DNA of 64,000 nucleotides from Haliotis cracherodii (lineage: Eukaryota). Positions 11,742 to 23,194 of the stretch are shown in pieces. Made by a program: the position numbers and the translations under genes. The notes under the pieces were generated by a model. The model was not told the origin of the DNA. It searched no databases and worked only from the letters and a program-made list of their open reading frames with translations. The stretch is taken from assembly GCF_022045235.1 (NCBI RefSeq), contig NW_027266275.1, positions 63,488,001 through 63,552,000 of the forward strand. The letters run 5' to 3'. Each line of letters starts with the position of its first letter. The stretch's first letter is position 1.

Positions 11742-14700
11742 CGCGTGTGTGCTGTGTGTGTGTGCGTGTCTGTGCGTGTGTGCTGTGTGTGTGTGCTCCG
11801 TGTGTGTGTGCGTGGTGTGTGTGTGTGTGTCTGTCCGTCTGTCTGTCTGTGTCTGTGTGTCTGTGTGCGTTGCTGTACCGTATTGTCATCGAGGATGACG
11901 TTGGTGGTCTGGTTGGTGCCGGTGCTGAAGAACATCGTTACTTCAATTGCCATCTTCCTTGAATAGGCGTCATAGCTGATGATGTTGACGCCCTAAAAGG
12001 CAAACAGGGGACACTGATGCTTGGGTGAAATGTTCTACATTGTGGACTAACTAAGGTTCCCCCATTTACCAATGTACATCATAACCCATTTTTCAGAAAA
12101 TATGTTAATCATACACTTCATATGGGGCGGTCGGATAGCCTCGTGGTTAAAGCGTTCGCTCATCACGCCGAAGACCCGGGTTCGATTCCCGACATGGGTA
12201 CAATGTGTGAAGCCCATTCCTGGTGTCTCCCGCCGTGATATTGCTGGAATATTGCCAAAAGCGGCGTAAAATCAAACTCACTCACTCACTTCTTATGACG
12301 AACGTTTAGCTGGAGAAAGTGTGTCCCCACAAGTAATAGTCTCTACAAAGCCATACAATTCTGTAGTATGATGATGTTCTTTGCCACTGAATAATTTGCT
12401 TGAGCATCAGTCTGGTTGGTTCTGTGGTGAAAGATGTATGTTGAGGGACAACAAGTGGTAAGGTAAAATGGGGTTTGACGTCGCGTCCAAGATTATTGCA
12501 CTTACATAGCGTCGTGCATGCACGTGTGTGTGTCTGCTGGTACTTGTCCGGACTGATGCCGATTTATAGTGCTAGCCCACTAAGATACCATGCCGCAGTT
12601 TAACAGGAATACCCTACTCAGACACAGTATACTGACTCCAAGCCGACTAGTACTTGTTTTAGCCCCCTAATGCCGAACGCCAGGCAGGGTAACACCAAGT
12701 ACGTATGACACGGTCGGGGATCGAAACCCGGACCTTCCGCTTTCCGGGCGGACGCTCTACCACTAGACCACAGAGGGGGTCTGGAAGACATACAACCAAG
12801 CAGTTCATTCTGTAGTATGATGATGTTCTTTGCCACTGAATAATTTGCCTGAGCATCAGTCTGGTTGGTTGTTCTCGCAGGGTTTACGCAGCTTTGAGCA
12901 AGCAGTATGTCAGTTATGTTATGACATTGCACAAGGACCGCGCAGCCTACTGGCACTACAGCCACTATTGCGTGAGCAAAACTAAGAATCAATATCAGGG
13001 CGATTAGAGGAATCATATCCACTGTTGGGTTTGGGCACAAGTTAGGAACCCCAGATGACATAGAGATTATTTATAATATTAATCTAGGAAATGTTTTTGT
13101 TGCAAGAAAATATACATCTGTTTGTTCAAGCTGCTGAATACATACAAAAAACATGTCCTGGTAAACACGTTACCTCGTCAATAAAGATACTTCAATATAA
13201 TATACAGTAAACTACGGTTATAACGAACTCAAAGGGACCACTAGTTTTAGTTCGTTATATACGTAGTTCGTTATATGCATATATACAACATCTATACAGC
13301 AAATGGTTGGGACCGAAACTTAAGCTCGTAATATCCGTCAGTTCGTTATAAGCGAGTTCGTTATAAACGTAGTTTACTGTAGAATGTTTCGGAAGAAATT
13401 ATGTGTGTATTACTTCATGCGTTTATATTTATTTCAATCATTTCAATCAATTCTGTTCATTGTATATAAGGTCATTGGCATACATTCAGTTTTCACACAA
13501 AAGCTGAAAAAACTAAGGAGGTCCAGCTGTAAATGAGGAATGTGTCTTTAAATGTTTTTTACAACATGGAACTCTTCTTCCACACTATTTAAGTTGCAGA
13601 ATGTACATATTCTATCTTCTTTCTGAATGTTGTGCCAGCGACCAATATCTATTTGTAGTCTTAACTAGTTGTTCACTCAAACAGTTCAGAAAATAAATTA
13701 TCCATTTTAACTTTGCCTTTTACACTGTTGTAAATTGAACGTAAAGCATGAAATATTCTACCAGAGAGAGAGAGGAAGGGCTTTTTTCTCAATTTTCTCA
13801 AGTAAAACAACGAGCCGTTTTCTATTGACTGGATCGAAAGCTTTTTTTAATCAATAAAGGCTACATGAAATCTTCCTTACGTTTAGATAAACATGTTTTG
13901 GATCATATTAAAACACAAACTCGTTGTCTGTTGTTGAGTAAACTAATCTAGATCCAGCTTGCTCCTCGTATATTATTTCATACTCTCTAGTCCATTTTAG
14001 ATAATCTCTCATTTAAAACTGAAGTATATAGCTAACTCGTAACACTCATCAGTGTAATGCCTCTATAATTATCAGGATTATTTCCAACTCCACTTTTATA
14101 TTTTGGAAGAATTATGCCAAGTGTCCACTACTGTTGGAATATCCTATTTCTAAAACTGTAGTTGAACTTTTTGTACAGGTATTCCAGTAAATACGGTTTT
14201 CCTTCCTTAAACAAGTCACTTATACGTTTATCATGCTCTGGTGCCTTTCCCACTTTCAGTTTATCGAATGCCTTTGTAATTTCCTCAACAGTAATATCAG
14301 AATGTATTCCCTCAGTGACATACTGCATTTTTTCGTGTACTATGGAAAATAGTACATGTTCACAAATCGTATCTTTCATAATTATTAATTTACCCGAAGT
14401 CTTAATAGAAACAAATTTATCTCTCTTTACCACATCCCAAACTAATTTATCAAATAAAAACTGTTAGTAATGATGTTGCTGTTGTGATTCAGATCTACTG
14501 TCAGTCGTGAAACTTTGGATGTATTCTATTGAATTTGTTGAAATTAAACAATTATCAATAAGACTGGATCCCATACATGATCCAAACATTGTCATTGATC
14601 CCATCAACGCATCCGACTCTAACCAACCATTCACAATATAGAGGCATGTGCCCTGCACCAAATCTATTATCTTATTATCCTGAGAATTCTATCAAGTACA

Positions 14701-16736
14701 ATATCCTCTGTGTTTTCATTGTTGTGATGATAGTCGAAATGACACAATTCATAGTCTTCATTTAAGTCCCCAGTTCTTGCATTAAAACCACCCAACATTA
14801 TAATCGGATTGTTATTGAAATGTTGTAAAATATTAACAATATTTTCTTCCTTATTGGTGATGCCATTAGCAATATGGAACAATTCATGGCTATGTTTAAA
14901 AAACTATTCCAGAATGGCATGAATGAAGACATTTTAGGTATCCACTAGAACACTCTCTAACCATCTTCTCGAGGCAAGAGAGTTAACTGACTATTAAAGT
15001 CCAGTTTCCACCCTTGACGAACTAGGCTGGTATAATGGAGTTACATTTTGGCTGGACTAACGGAGTCTATGTATAGTCCAATCAAAATCGCGCAACGAAA
15101 TCGAAATCCGGTTCGTAAACACAGTTCGGTCGCTTGCAGGATTTGCTAAGCATGCGCATCGCAAACTCGTTGTCAACAGATATTTTCCAGATCTTTTCAT
15201 GTTTTTAATTAAGATGCTCGCGTGATTTGATGCACTTCGCGATGTAAGACCCGTTTTATCGCAATATAGATCTTGATTAGCGATCAGATCGTCTGGACTG
15301 GGCGCCACCATTTTGTTTGAAACAAATGCAAGTGATACGAGAAGTTGAATCTGACTGATCCATAGGAGGGGTTTAGAAGGGACATAACTCGTAATAACCA
15401 CTGGTGGCGCTTCGACTGAGCCCAGAAATTCCAGCCTGGTTCGGCTCGGGAAGATGTCTCTAAGAAGCACTGCGATACCACCTGTCTAACTTCCCCTGGC
15501 ATCGCTAAGTGAATTTCTTTTGAGAAATGATGCTGTAATTATTGAAGTTGGAAATATCAAGTCATGTATCCATGTTTCCGTTAATCCTATGATGTCAAAT
15601 GTATAGTCCATAAAACAGTATCATCGATTTTATTCTTTCTTTGTTGTTTAACGCTGCATATATGACGGCGGTCTGTAAATAATCCAGTCAGGACTAGACA
15701 ATCCAGTGATTTACATCATGAGCATTGGGGTACGATGACATGCATCAACCAAGTCAGCGAGCCTGACCACCCGATCCTGTTAGTCGACAAGTCGCCTTTT
15801 GCGGTAAGCATGGGTTGCTGGAGACATGTTCTACCCCAGATCTTCACGGGTTTCGATTTAATTGAGGAGTCCTTCGATATTCCAAAATGCATGTTATTTT
15901 ATTACTTCCAAGGAGACCAGGCCGAGTCCCTATGTAGATAATGCGACTGCACCGCTAGACTGTCCACTATTTATTTCATTGGCTTATGTTAATCAAGCAA
16001 ACTATAGCTATAGAGAGAGATTTCATTGCATGCAAGTTTACGCAAGAAATAGTGTAGAAATCATTCAGAAAACGTTATGAGATACTCTTGTTTTGTCACG
16101 CATCCTCTGTTACTGAGGTGAGGGAATAATTTTATAAATGGTTAGATAACGCACATGACTCAAATATCTTCACACAAATAAGGCCGCCTTCGTGTTCTCG
16201 TCGTTGAGCGTCCGCCCGGAGAGCGGAAGGTCCCGGCCGCGTCATACCAAAAGACATTAAAAGATGGTACTTGTTGTTACCCTGCTTGGCGCTCGGCATT
16301 AATGTTAAACTGCGGCATGGTATTTCGGTGGGCTACAACTATGAATCGGCATAATTCCGGACTGGTGCAAGCAGACGCACACACACATGCACGTTGCTAC
16401 ATAAGTGCAATAATTTTGGGCGCGACGTTAAACCCCATTTCACCTCTCCTCACTACATTAACGTAATACTAATACTAATACTACTACTAATAATATTAAC
16501 CCAAATGTACTTGTCTGATTGCGTTACAAGTTTGGCACAACAACAAACCCAGCAAAGAGATAGGTTGTTGTTTCATGTATACGTACATTTAGCAATGCAG
16601 GTGCGGCCTGTCCATTACTGGGGAATATTCCGCCCCCAACTTCGCCAAATCTGGCCTCAAACTGGCGGTCTGTGCAACATGGAGTTGCTGCCAACGTTGA
16701 TGTAACGATGATAGCAGACAACAAGAAGGACAGCAT
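8670..16736 (-). CDS. EPDR: Ependymin-related protein paralog B, complete, 228 aa (exons 16587-16736, 11879-11992, 11490-11568, 10133-10300, 9066-9166, 8670-8744)
   Basis: All introns GT-AG, phases 0,0,1,1,0; 687 nt open. Signal peptide, CCTDRQF, six Cys incl. GCIP and FNVPSNC; AATAAA immediately after the stop (8664-8669). Confidence 0.9.
8800..9037 (-). mobile_element. Family D element
   Basis: family match, single-hairpin subtype. Confidence 0.82.
9066..9166 (-). CDS. EPDR: EPDR-B exon 5
   Basis: FADILYVITNFQPGIRNMNVFNVPSNC; 101 nt as in paralogs C and D. Confidence 0.9.
9239..9502 (-). mobile_element. SINE C
   Basis: family match. Confidence 0.85.
9503..9743. repeat. Degenerate TTAGGG-like 6/18-bp tandem repeat
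   Basis: (tagggatcaggttaggtc)n. Confidence 0.85.
10133..10300 (-). CDS. EPDR: EPDR-B exon 4
   Basis: DDAVKIRESYIGFG...W...VRLSVTDHGCIPIFESF. Confidence 0.9.
11046..11373 (-). mobile_element. SINE B
   Basis: family match. Confidence 0.88.
11490..11568 (-). CDS. EPDR: EPDR-B exon 3
   Basis: KKMTILTKYVCYLMEDTAPFIETCIP, donor GTGAGG. Confidence 0.88.
11695..11870. repeat. Compound (GT)n/(GC)n/(GTCT)n microsatellite
   Basis: direct reading; abuts the EPDR-B exon 2 donor. Confidence 0.95.
11879..11992 (-). CDS. EPDR: EPDR-B exon 2
   Basis: GVNIISYDAYSRKMAIEVTMFFSTGTNQTTNVILDDNT. Confidence 0.88.
12124..12290 (+). mobile_element. SINE A
   Basis: family match. Confidence 0.9.
12455..12782 (-). 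mobile_element. SINE B (part of a copied intron segment)
   Basis: Shares unique flanks with 11046-11373. Confidence 0.88.
13205..13379. mobile_element. pogo/Tc1-type MITE (TIR cagtaaactacggttataacgaac)
   Basis: TA flanks; relatives at ~16915-17090 and ~47195-47325. Confidence 0.8.
13430..14940 (-). mobile_element. Decayed CR1/L2-group LINE (APE and RT fragments, 3' end)
   Basis: IIMLGGFNARTG, SSLIDNCLIS, ITVEEITKAFDKLKVGKAP, NYRGITL, IGRWHNIQKEDRICTFC. Confidence 0.8.
14962..15456. mobile_element. hAT-type MITE (TIR CATCTTCCCGAGGCAAG)
   Basis: 8-bp TSD tctctaac/tctctaag; family copies elsewhere in window. Confidence 0.8.
15640..15852 (-). mobile_element. Family D element
   Basis: family match with deletions. 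Confidence 0.8.
16183..16452 (+). mobile_element. SINE B, internally deleted
   Basis: family match. Confidence 0.8.
16587..16736 (-). CDS. EPDR: EPDR-B exon 1
   Basis: MLSFLLSAIIVTSTLAATPCCTDRQFEARFGEVGG...LLN, donor GTACGT. Confidence 0.9.
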
Positions 16737-17865
16737 TGTAACAGTGTGATGAATGCAAATGTTCCCACGTCACAGGAAAACTGGAGGCCACGGGTTAAAA
16801 GTCGCATTGGTAAATGTAAGATAACATGACATAAATAGAAAAGACAAAACCATTTCACTATTACAGGAAATCTCTGGAAAAAGCAGTTGTAAAAGTAAAA
16901 GTATGTTGTACCACGTTTATAACGTTTATAACGAACACGCTTATAACGAACTGACGGGTATGACGAACTTACTTTTTTTGTCCCGACTATATGCTGTAGT
17001 TATGCCGTATATATGCTTATAACGAACTACGGCTATAACGAACTAAAATTAGTGGTTCCTTTGAGTCCGTAATAACCGTAGATTACTGTATATCATGAAC
17101 ATTTGTTTATAATTAAATTTTCGTTGTGTTCATGGAAATTCCTGCATTCTGATTAGCTGAATTGGTCACGTGTTATTGCATTCATTTCCCGATGAATGTA
17201 AAAATTAAGCCACGCCCACCGCGGCGCACTACTTTTATTACTGCGGAAGGTCGGGGAATCCCAATATTACAGTCGAGGGAATTCCCTTTCTGCTCACGTG
17301 TATCGTCATGTACAGGACATTTAGCGACTTTCATGCATATTCATTGTCCAAACTACCCTTTGAAACCGAAGGCCGAGAATGAATGAAACAGCAAACGTGC
17401 AGGCTCGCTTGCCTGTTTTTCCCCCGCTCGCCTCGTTTAAACTTTCATGTCTTCGGGTTTCATTTCTAACTAGCATTTCTCCAACTGTGTTTTACCGTAA
17501 TCAGGGAAGGAATGTTTGAATCACGCAATAAATGACCATGTAATTTGAAACAGCCGCCTTCTCTCGGACATATATCTTCCGGTTCGTTACAGTCTGACTG
17601 CAAGTCTTTTCGCCTCTTGCCTTAATTGACAGGTCCAATGAACATTGTTTTAATCCCACTCTCCGTTGATTAGCTACTGACTGTGTAGGCGTGTCAAGTT
17701 ATGTGCATAAATTAAACGATCATCTGATTCATGTCACGCTACTGTATGTATTCCTACACCTAGAATGTTTATCAATGTCGTCATTTTTGTCTGTTTTGAT
17801 ATATGCAACTGTTTGGGGTTAAACTATTGTAGATAAAACATGTTTCACGTTGTCCAATTTAATTA

Positions 17866-18002
17866 TAAGCATTGACTGTGTATTTTTTTGGGTTCATTGA
17901 GGTATGAATCGAAAAACCGATGTGCAAACTTTTATACAGTTTGCACATCGGTTTTTCGATTCATACCTCAATGAACCCAAAAAAATACACAGTCAATCCT
18001 TA
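17866..18002. repeat. Perfect 60-bp-arm palindrome
   Basis: 17871-17930 is the exact reverse complement of 17938-17997. Confidence 0.95.
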
Positions 18003-18899
18003 AATATTTTTTTAATTTGAAGTTTATACGATATACGTCTTTTCCATTGGACGAGAGAGCGGTCACATGACCGCGAAATTGACGTTCATAAATGAATGAA
18101 CGACACAATTTGACGTTCATACGTTTTTCACAAGACCGTGTTCTTGAAATGACGTAAACACTGACGGACTACTTCCACATTCCTGGGGAAACCCCTGGGA
18201 ATTCCCTAACACGAAAACACACATAAGCGTTCTTTCTGATCATTTAGAACCTTTATTCTTTGTCTCAGCGTTTCAGTATACATTGAGAAATATCAGAGAG
18301 CGTGACTGCATGATTGTCCACGAATATCCTCGCTGCGGCCTATCCTAATGAACAAACGATGAAATGCACATCTAAACTATCGCAGTTTCGACTCGATCCG
18401 TGCCTAGGCTGACATTGACCGTCTCCAGCAATCTATGAATTTACCTTAGTGACTGACGCATCTTTAGTCACCTTTCAGTGATCGGCCAGTTGATCAAGGA
18501 TGACTAACACATGTAACCGCCACATGTTCATTAACAACTTCGGAAATCTCTCCCGTCACGTTTATCGTGTCGGCCGTTTTGACGTCTTGTACTTGATGTA
18601 AATGTATTACGACGCGCTGTCATTGTGACTGACTTACTGAGGTAGTTCTTTACAGACCTTTCTCATCTAATGAGGATATGATTTGAACACACGTACGTGT
18701 TGCTTAAGATGTTTCTGAAGAGCAAGTTGTGCATCCATACGCCCATGTCACCTCTCTTTTTGAGGAACTATTTTACTCCGCGATATAGCTGGTTGTTGTA
18801 TGGCTGTCAGTGTAAACATGAAGTCACACGTACTAAATAAAATTGTGTTTAGATCTTGGCCTACATCCTTTGAGGTAAGAAATTGTGATATAAAAATTA

Positions 18900-19069
18900 T
18901 AAGAATTGACTTTCACTTTGTGTGAGTTCATTGGAGTATGAACCTTCATAGAGTGAGGGCCAAACATTGTATGAACGTCGTCGCAAGCTCCGACGTTCAT
19001 ACAGTTTGGCCCTCACTCTATGAAGGTTCATACTCCAATGAACTCACACAAAGTGAAGGTCAATTCTTA
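18900..19069. repeat. ~80-bp-arm palindrome
   Basis: One mismatch, one 2-nt bulge, 10-nt loop. Confidence 0.95.
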
Positions 19070-19283
19070 AATGAAACACTATCAAATAATCATGATACCA
19101 GATGTTTGCGAAAAAACGAGCGTATCCTGCCCGACCGGTGGCATCCGCCACAATGTTAAAACAATGTCAAAATAGATGCAAGAAATAGTCACTCCAAGAT
19201 CAAACCATTTTTATTCCCGAAGCAACCCTATCAGATGAAAACAAACTAAACGTTATTCTTTGTTTCGATGGTTACCTTTTTAA

Positions 19284-19637
19284 CCGACCACCTCTGAAAT
19301 CTAGTGGTAGAGCGTCCGCCCGGAGAGCGTAAGGGCCGGGATTCGATGCCCGGCCGCGTCATACCAAAGATGGCAATTGTTGTTACTTGCTGTTACCCTG
19401 CCTTGCGCTCGGTATTAAGGGCCTTAAACAAGGACTGGTCGGCTCGGAGTCAGTATACAGTGTCTGAGTGGGGTATTCATGTTAAACTGCGGCATGGTAT
19501 ATCAGTGTGCTAGCACTATAAAATCGGCATCAGTCCGGACAAGTACAAGCAGCCACACACTCACTCACACGTGCATGCACGTCGCTATATAAGTGCAATA
19601 ATCTTGGACGCGACGTCAAACCCCATTTTACCTTACC
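19284..19637 (+). mobile_element. SINE B
   Basis: family match. Confidence 0.88.
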
Positions 19638-20741
19638 ACTTGTTGTCCTTCAACATACATCTTTCACCACAGAAAGGTGTGACAAGTGATACATTTCACT
19701 TAACGAAACATTTGGCAATCGAAGAAGTTCATTTTGTTTGTCACACTTAGACGCCTCCCAAAAAGCACACAGCGTATCGATACAATGAAAACATTTCACA
19801 CCTCGCAGTGTTTCTTTTCTTCAGAAATCTGCACTTTACTCAATATTAAAACAAAATATCGGAGTAACTTCTACAACTGTTTGCATGTGTTTGTGACGGG
19901 TGCCACGGGTGGGGCAGGATACGCTCACCTTTTCGTGAACACCTGGTGCCACTACTATTTGATAATGATTCATAAACACATGCTCACGATACATTAGGGA
20001 TCATACAATCGATTCCCTTGGCTATGGAAAGGGTTTTTGTGCTTTTATTATAATTTCTGGTTGCTCATATAAATGCTTTAGTTCATGCCCCCATTTAAAT
20101 GGCCTGTATGGTGTCTGTTCAATTGAACAGTTGTAAAGATCTCCTCATCCAAATGACAGACAGTCAGAAGGACAGACAGGCAGACAAGTAATGTACATTC
20201 TACGTCGCTATATAAGTGCAATAATCTTGGATGCGACGTTTAACCCATTTCACCTCGCCTTTTTAACCTATTAACATATTTAACCGACTTTCGATCCAGA
20301 ATGACATGTGTTTATCACGTAGGGGGTCATGAAGTGCAGTACCGTTACTCTCAGGTCTAGCGTTGAGCTGGACATATAATTTACATTTTAGCCATGTATC
20401 CATAACAGTGTTCCTTATCATCAACATGTTTCTTGTCTTAACCACTCCCTTGTGACCTTGCGCACCCCCCCCCCCCCCCCCCCCTTTTTTTTTTTTATTT
20501 CGAAAAAATCTTTATTTCTGTATAAATTACCAATAAAGACAATAAATAGATCTTAATTGTGCACCCCCCTTTTCAAAAAAGCTGCATCCGACATCATCCA
20601 TGCATATCGGAACATACGCCCCATTCATTTTTACATTAGTACCTCTTGCAGCAGCATGTGGCTTTAATCAATATGAATGCAGATCAGTTCATCATCAAGG
20701 ATGAATAGTCAGGAAAGTCAAGTAGAGTCATTGTACTTTAC

Positions 20742-21338
20742 TTAAGAAATAAACGACAAGTGGGAGTCGTACAATAAAACAATGCAGGGAGAATAAACCA
20801 TCAGGGGCCCAGCCCCAAGTGGTTTATTCTCCCTGCAGTGTGTTTTATTGTACGATAAACAACGACCACGAGTCGTTTATTTCTTATGTGAGATAAACAT
20901 TATGCAAAGCCTTTTTAAGGATGATGATGAAATGTACAAGCTTTAAAAATATTTACCCATATTTTAATAATGATGACTCCCTCAACAGACTCCGACCTCG
21001 GATGTCGGACATGTTCATTTTATGCACAGGTAGGTTTTTGCCGCATATTCTCACAATCCTCAATCCGATTACCTGTACATTTTCTCCTAATACCGATTGT
21101 CATATTTCTCCCGCTTTTGGATGCGATCGTTGGGCGACTGTGTTTGTCTGCGTTGCCAAGCTACATCCATGGGGAACAATTCACTCTCAAAATTAACGTC
21201 GTCCATTCTACGACGTTATCAAGTTACGAGCGCATGTTCGAATCACCAGAAGTGACGTCATGATAGAACAATGTTTTATCGTGAAATAAACCACACTTAT
21301 TTCTTCTTTGCGATTTATCGCGTAGCTATCTTATATTA
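20742..21338. repeat. Second copy of the hairpin-terminated repeat
   Basis: taagaaataaacgac...gtcgtttatttctta hairpin at 20742-20887. Confidence 0.75.
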
Positions 21339-21390
21339 GAAGTTACTTACATTTGTGTTTGTTCGCAGTTGAATTCATGATGCAGGATAT

Positions 21391-21560
21391 AGGGGGCGGT
21401 CGGGTAGCCTAGTGGTTTAAGCGTTCGCTCGTCACGCCGAAGACCCGGGTTCGATTCCCGACATGGGTACAATGTGTGAAGCTCATTTCTGGTGTCCCCC
21501 GACGTGATATTGCTGGAATATTGCTAAAAGCGGCGTAAAGCCATACTCACTCACTCACTC
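21391..21560 (+). mobile_element. SINE family A (tRNA head, ~170 bp, (CACT)n tail)
   Basis: A box tagcctagtgg, B box ggttcgattcc, TSD tcatgatgcaggata. Confidence 0.9.
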
Positions 21561-21719
21561 ATGATGCAGGATACACATACTTTGTCATTAATTCCAGCGT
21601 TGAAGTGTGGCACACATATGAGATGCTTTACACTGTGTAGATTCCACATTCAACGAAAGCAGTGACATGACAATGTATTAGCTAACAAAATACAGAACAA
21701 GCTCTAGTAATATTTTAGC

Positions 21720-22095
21720 TATATCACGAGCTTGCGTTTATGAATCACTATCAAATTGTGATGAAACCAGGAGTTCACGAAAAGGTGAGTGTATCCTGCC
21801 CTTCAGTTGGCAACCGTCACAAACACACGCAAAAGCAAGTCAATTGTTCACCTGAAACATATTCTGATTCACGGGAACATATGACAAGTCAAAATGGAGA
21901 ATTGCATCGAACATAACTTTTGTCACTGATGCGTCAATTTGGAAATGTCCTCCACATGTCTACCATAAACCATTTGGAAAACCCACCGAGGTCGTATTGC
22001 GTTTTTTGAATTCTTTGTAGAAAGAACATGCTCGATTGTACCTCAAACGTTGCTGAATGTAGACACCAAAGGCTGGAGCTGCTGGAATATTGCTG
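21720..22095 (-). mobile_element. Penelope-like retroelement (Naiad type) 3' fragment
   Basis: Minus strand SNIPAAPAFGVYIQQRLRYNRACSFYKEF and YGRH, matching my recollection of the Naiad RT C-terminus, followed by the recurring 3' motif. Confidence 0.75.
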
Positions 22096-22165
22096 TTGTG
22101 TATGCATAGATCTAAATTTGAAACTGATGAGGCGGTTTCGCTGCTCTCTTTAAGTTGTGGCTCAG

Positions 22166-23145
22166 GGTGTCGTTGTACAAAGCGTTCTCAGCGGAGAGGT
22201 GGTCGTAATGGCAGTACTAGCGCTAAGGTGATCGTAACTCCCATACCTTAACATAGACTTATGGCAGTCGTAGCGCTAAGGTGATCGTAACTCCCATACC
22301 TTAACATAGACTTATGGCAGTCGTAGCGCTAAGGTGATCGTAACTTCCATACCTTAACATAGACTTACGACAGTCGTAGCGCTAAGGTGGTCGTAACTCC
22401 CATACCTTAACATAGACATATGGCAGTCGTAGCGCTAAGGTGATCGTACCTCCCCTACCTTAACATAGACCTATGGCAGTAGTAGCGCTAAGGTGATCGC
22501 AACACCCATACCTTAACCGATCTATGGCAGTCGTAGCGCTAAGGTGATCGTAACTCCCATACCTTAACATAGACCTATGGCAGTCGTAGCGCTAAGGTGA
22601 TCGTAACTCCCATACCTTAACATAGACTTATGGCAGTCGTAGCGCTAAGGTGATCGTAACTCCCCTACCTTAACATAGACTTACGACAGTCTTAGCGCTA
22701 AGGTGATCGTAACTCCCATACCTTAACATAGACATATGGCAGTCGTAGCGCTAAGGTGATCGTACCTCCCCTACCTTAACATAGACCTATGGCAGTAGTA
22801 GCGCTAAGGTGATCGCAACACCCATACCTTAACCGATCTATGGCAGTCGTAGCGCTAAGGTGATCGTAACTCCCATACCTTAACATAGACCTATGGCAGT
22901 CGTAGCGCTAAGGTGATCGTAACTCCCCTACCTTAACATTGACCTATGGCAGTCGTAGCACTAAGGTGATCGTAACTCCCCTACCTTAACATAGACTTAT
23001 GGCAGTCGTAGCGCTAAGGTGATCGTAACTCCCATACCTTAACATAGACCTATGGCAGTCGTGGCGCTAAGGTGATCGCAACACCCATACCTTAACATAG
23101 ACCTATGGCAGTCGTGGCGCTAAGGTTGTTTTGTACAACGACACC
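22166..23145. mobile_element. Harbinger-type MITE carrying ~17 copies of a 53-bp tandem repeat
   Basis: TIR ggtgtcgttgtacaaa / tttgtacaacgacacc, CAG on both flanks; unit agcgctaaggtgatcgtaactcccataccttaacatagacttatggcagtcgt; single-unit relatives at ~6760-6850 and ~10634-10740. Confidence 0.8.
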
Positions 23146-23194
23146 CAGGTGTGTAGATCAGTGGAAGGGAATTGGCTATTTTACCATTATTTAA

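Noticed and set aside
11572-11966. His/Thr- and Cys/Val-rich ORFs
   Set aside because: Translations of the (GT)n microsatellite; only 11879-11992 is a real exon.
12124-12200. tRNA genes at SINE heads (many copies)
   Set aside because: A/B boxes are present, but each continues into a SINE body and tail, often with TSDs; no convincing full cloverleaf.
22078-22095. gctggaatattgct suggesting the SINE tails derive from the Penelope-like RT (SNIPA codons)
   Set aside because: Only ~14 nt, antisense to the RT, and the similarity does not extend; treated as coincidence.
22210-23126. CRISPR-like regular repeats (also 53580-54325)
   Set aside because: Units are contiguous with no unique spacers, there are no cas genes, and the context is eukaryotic.
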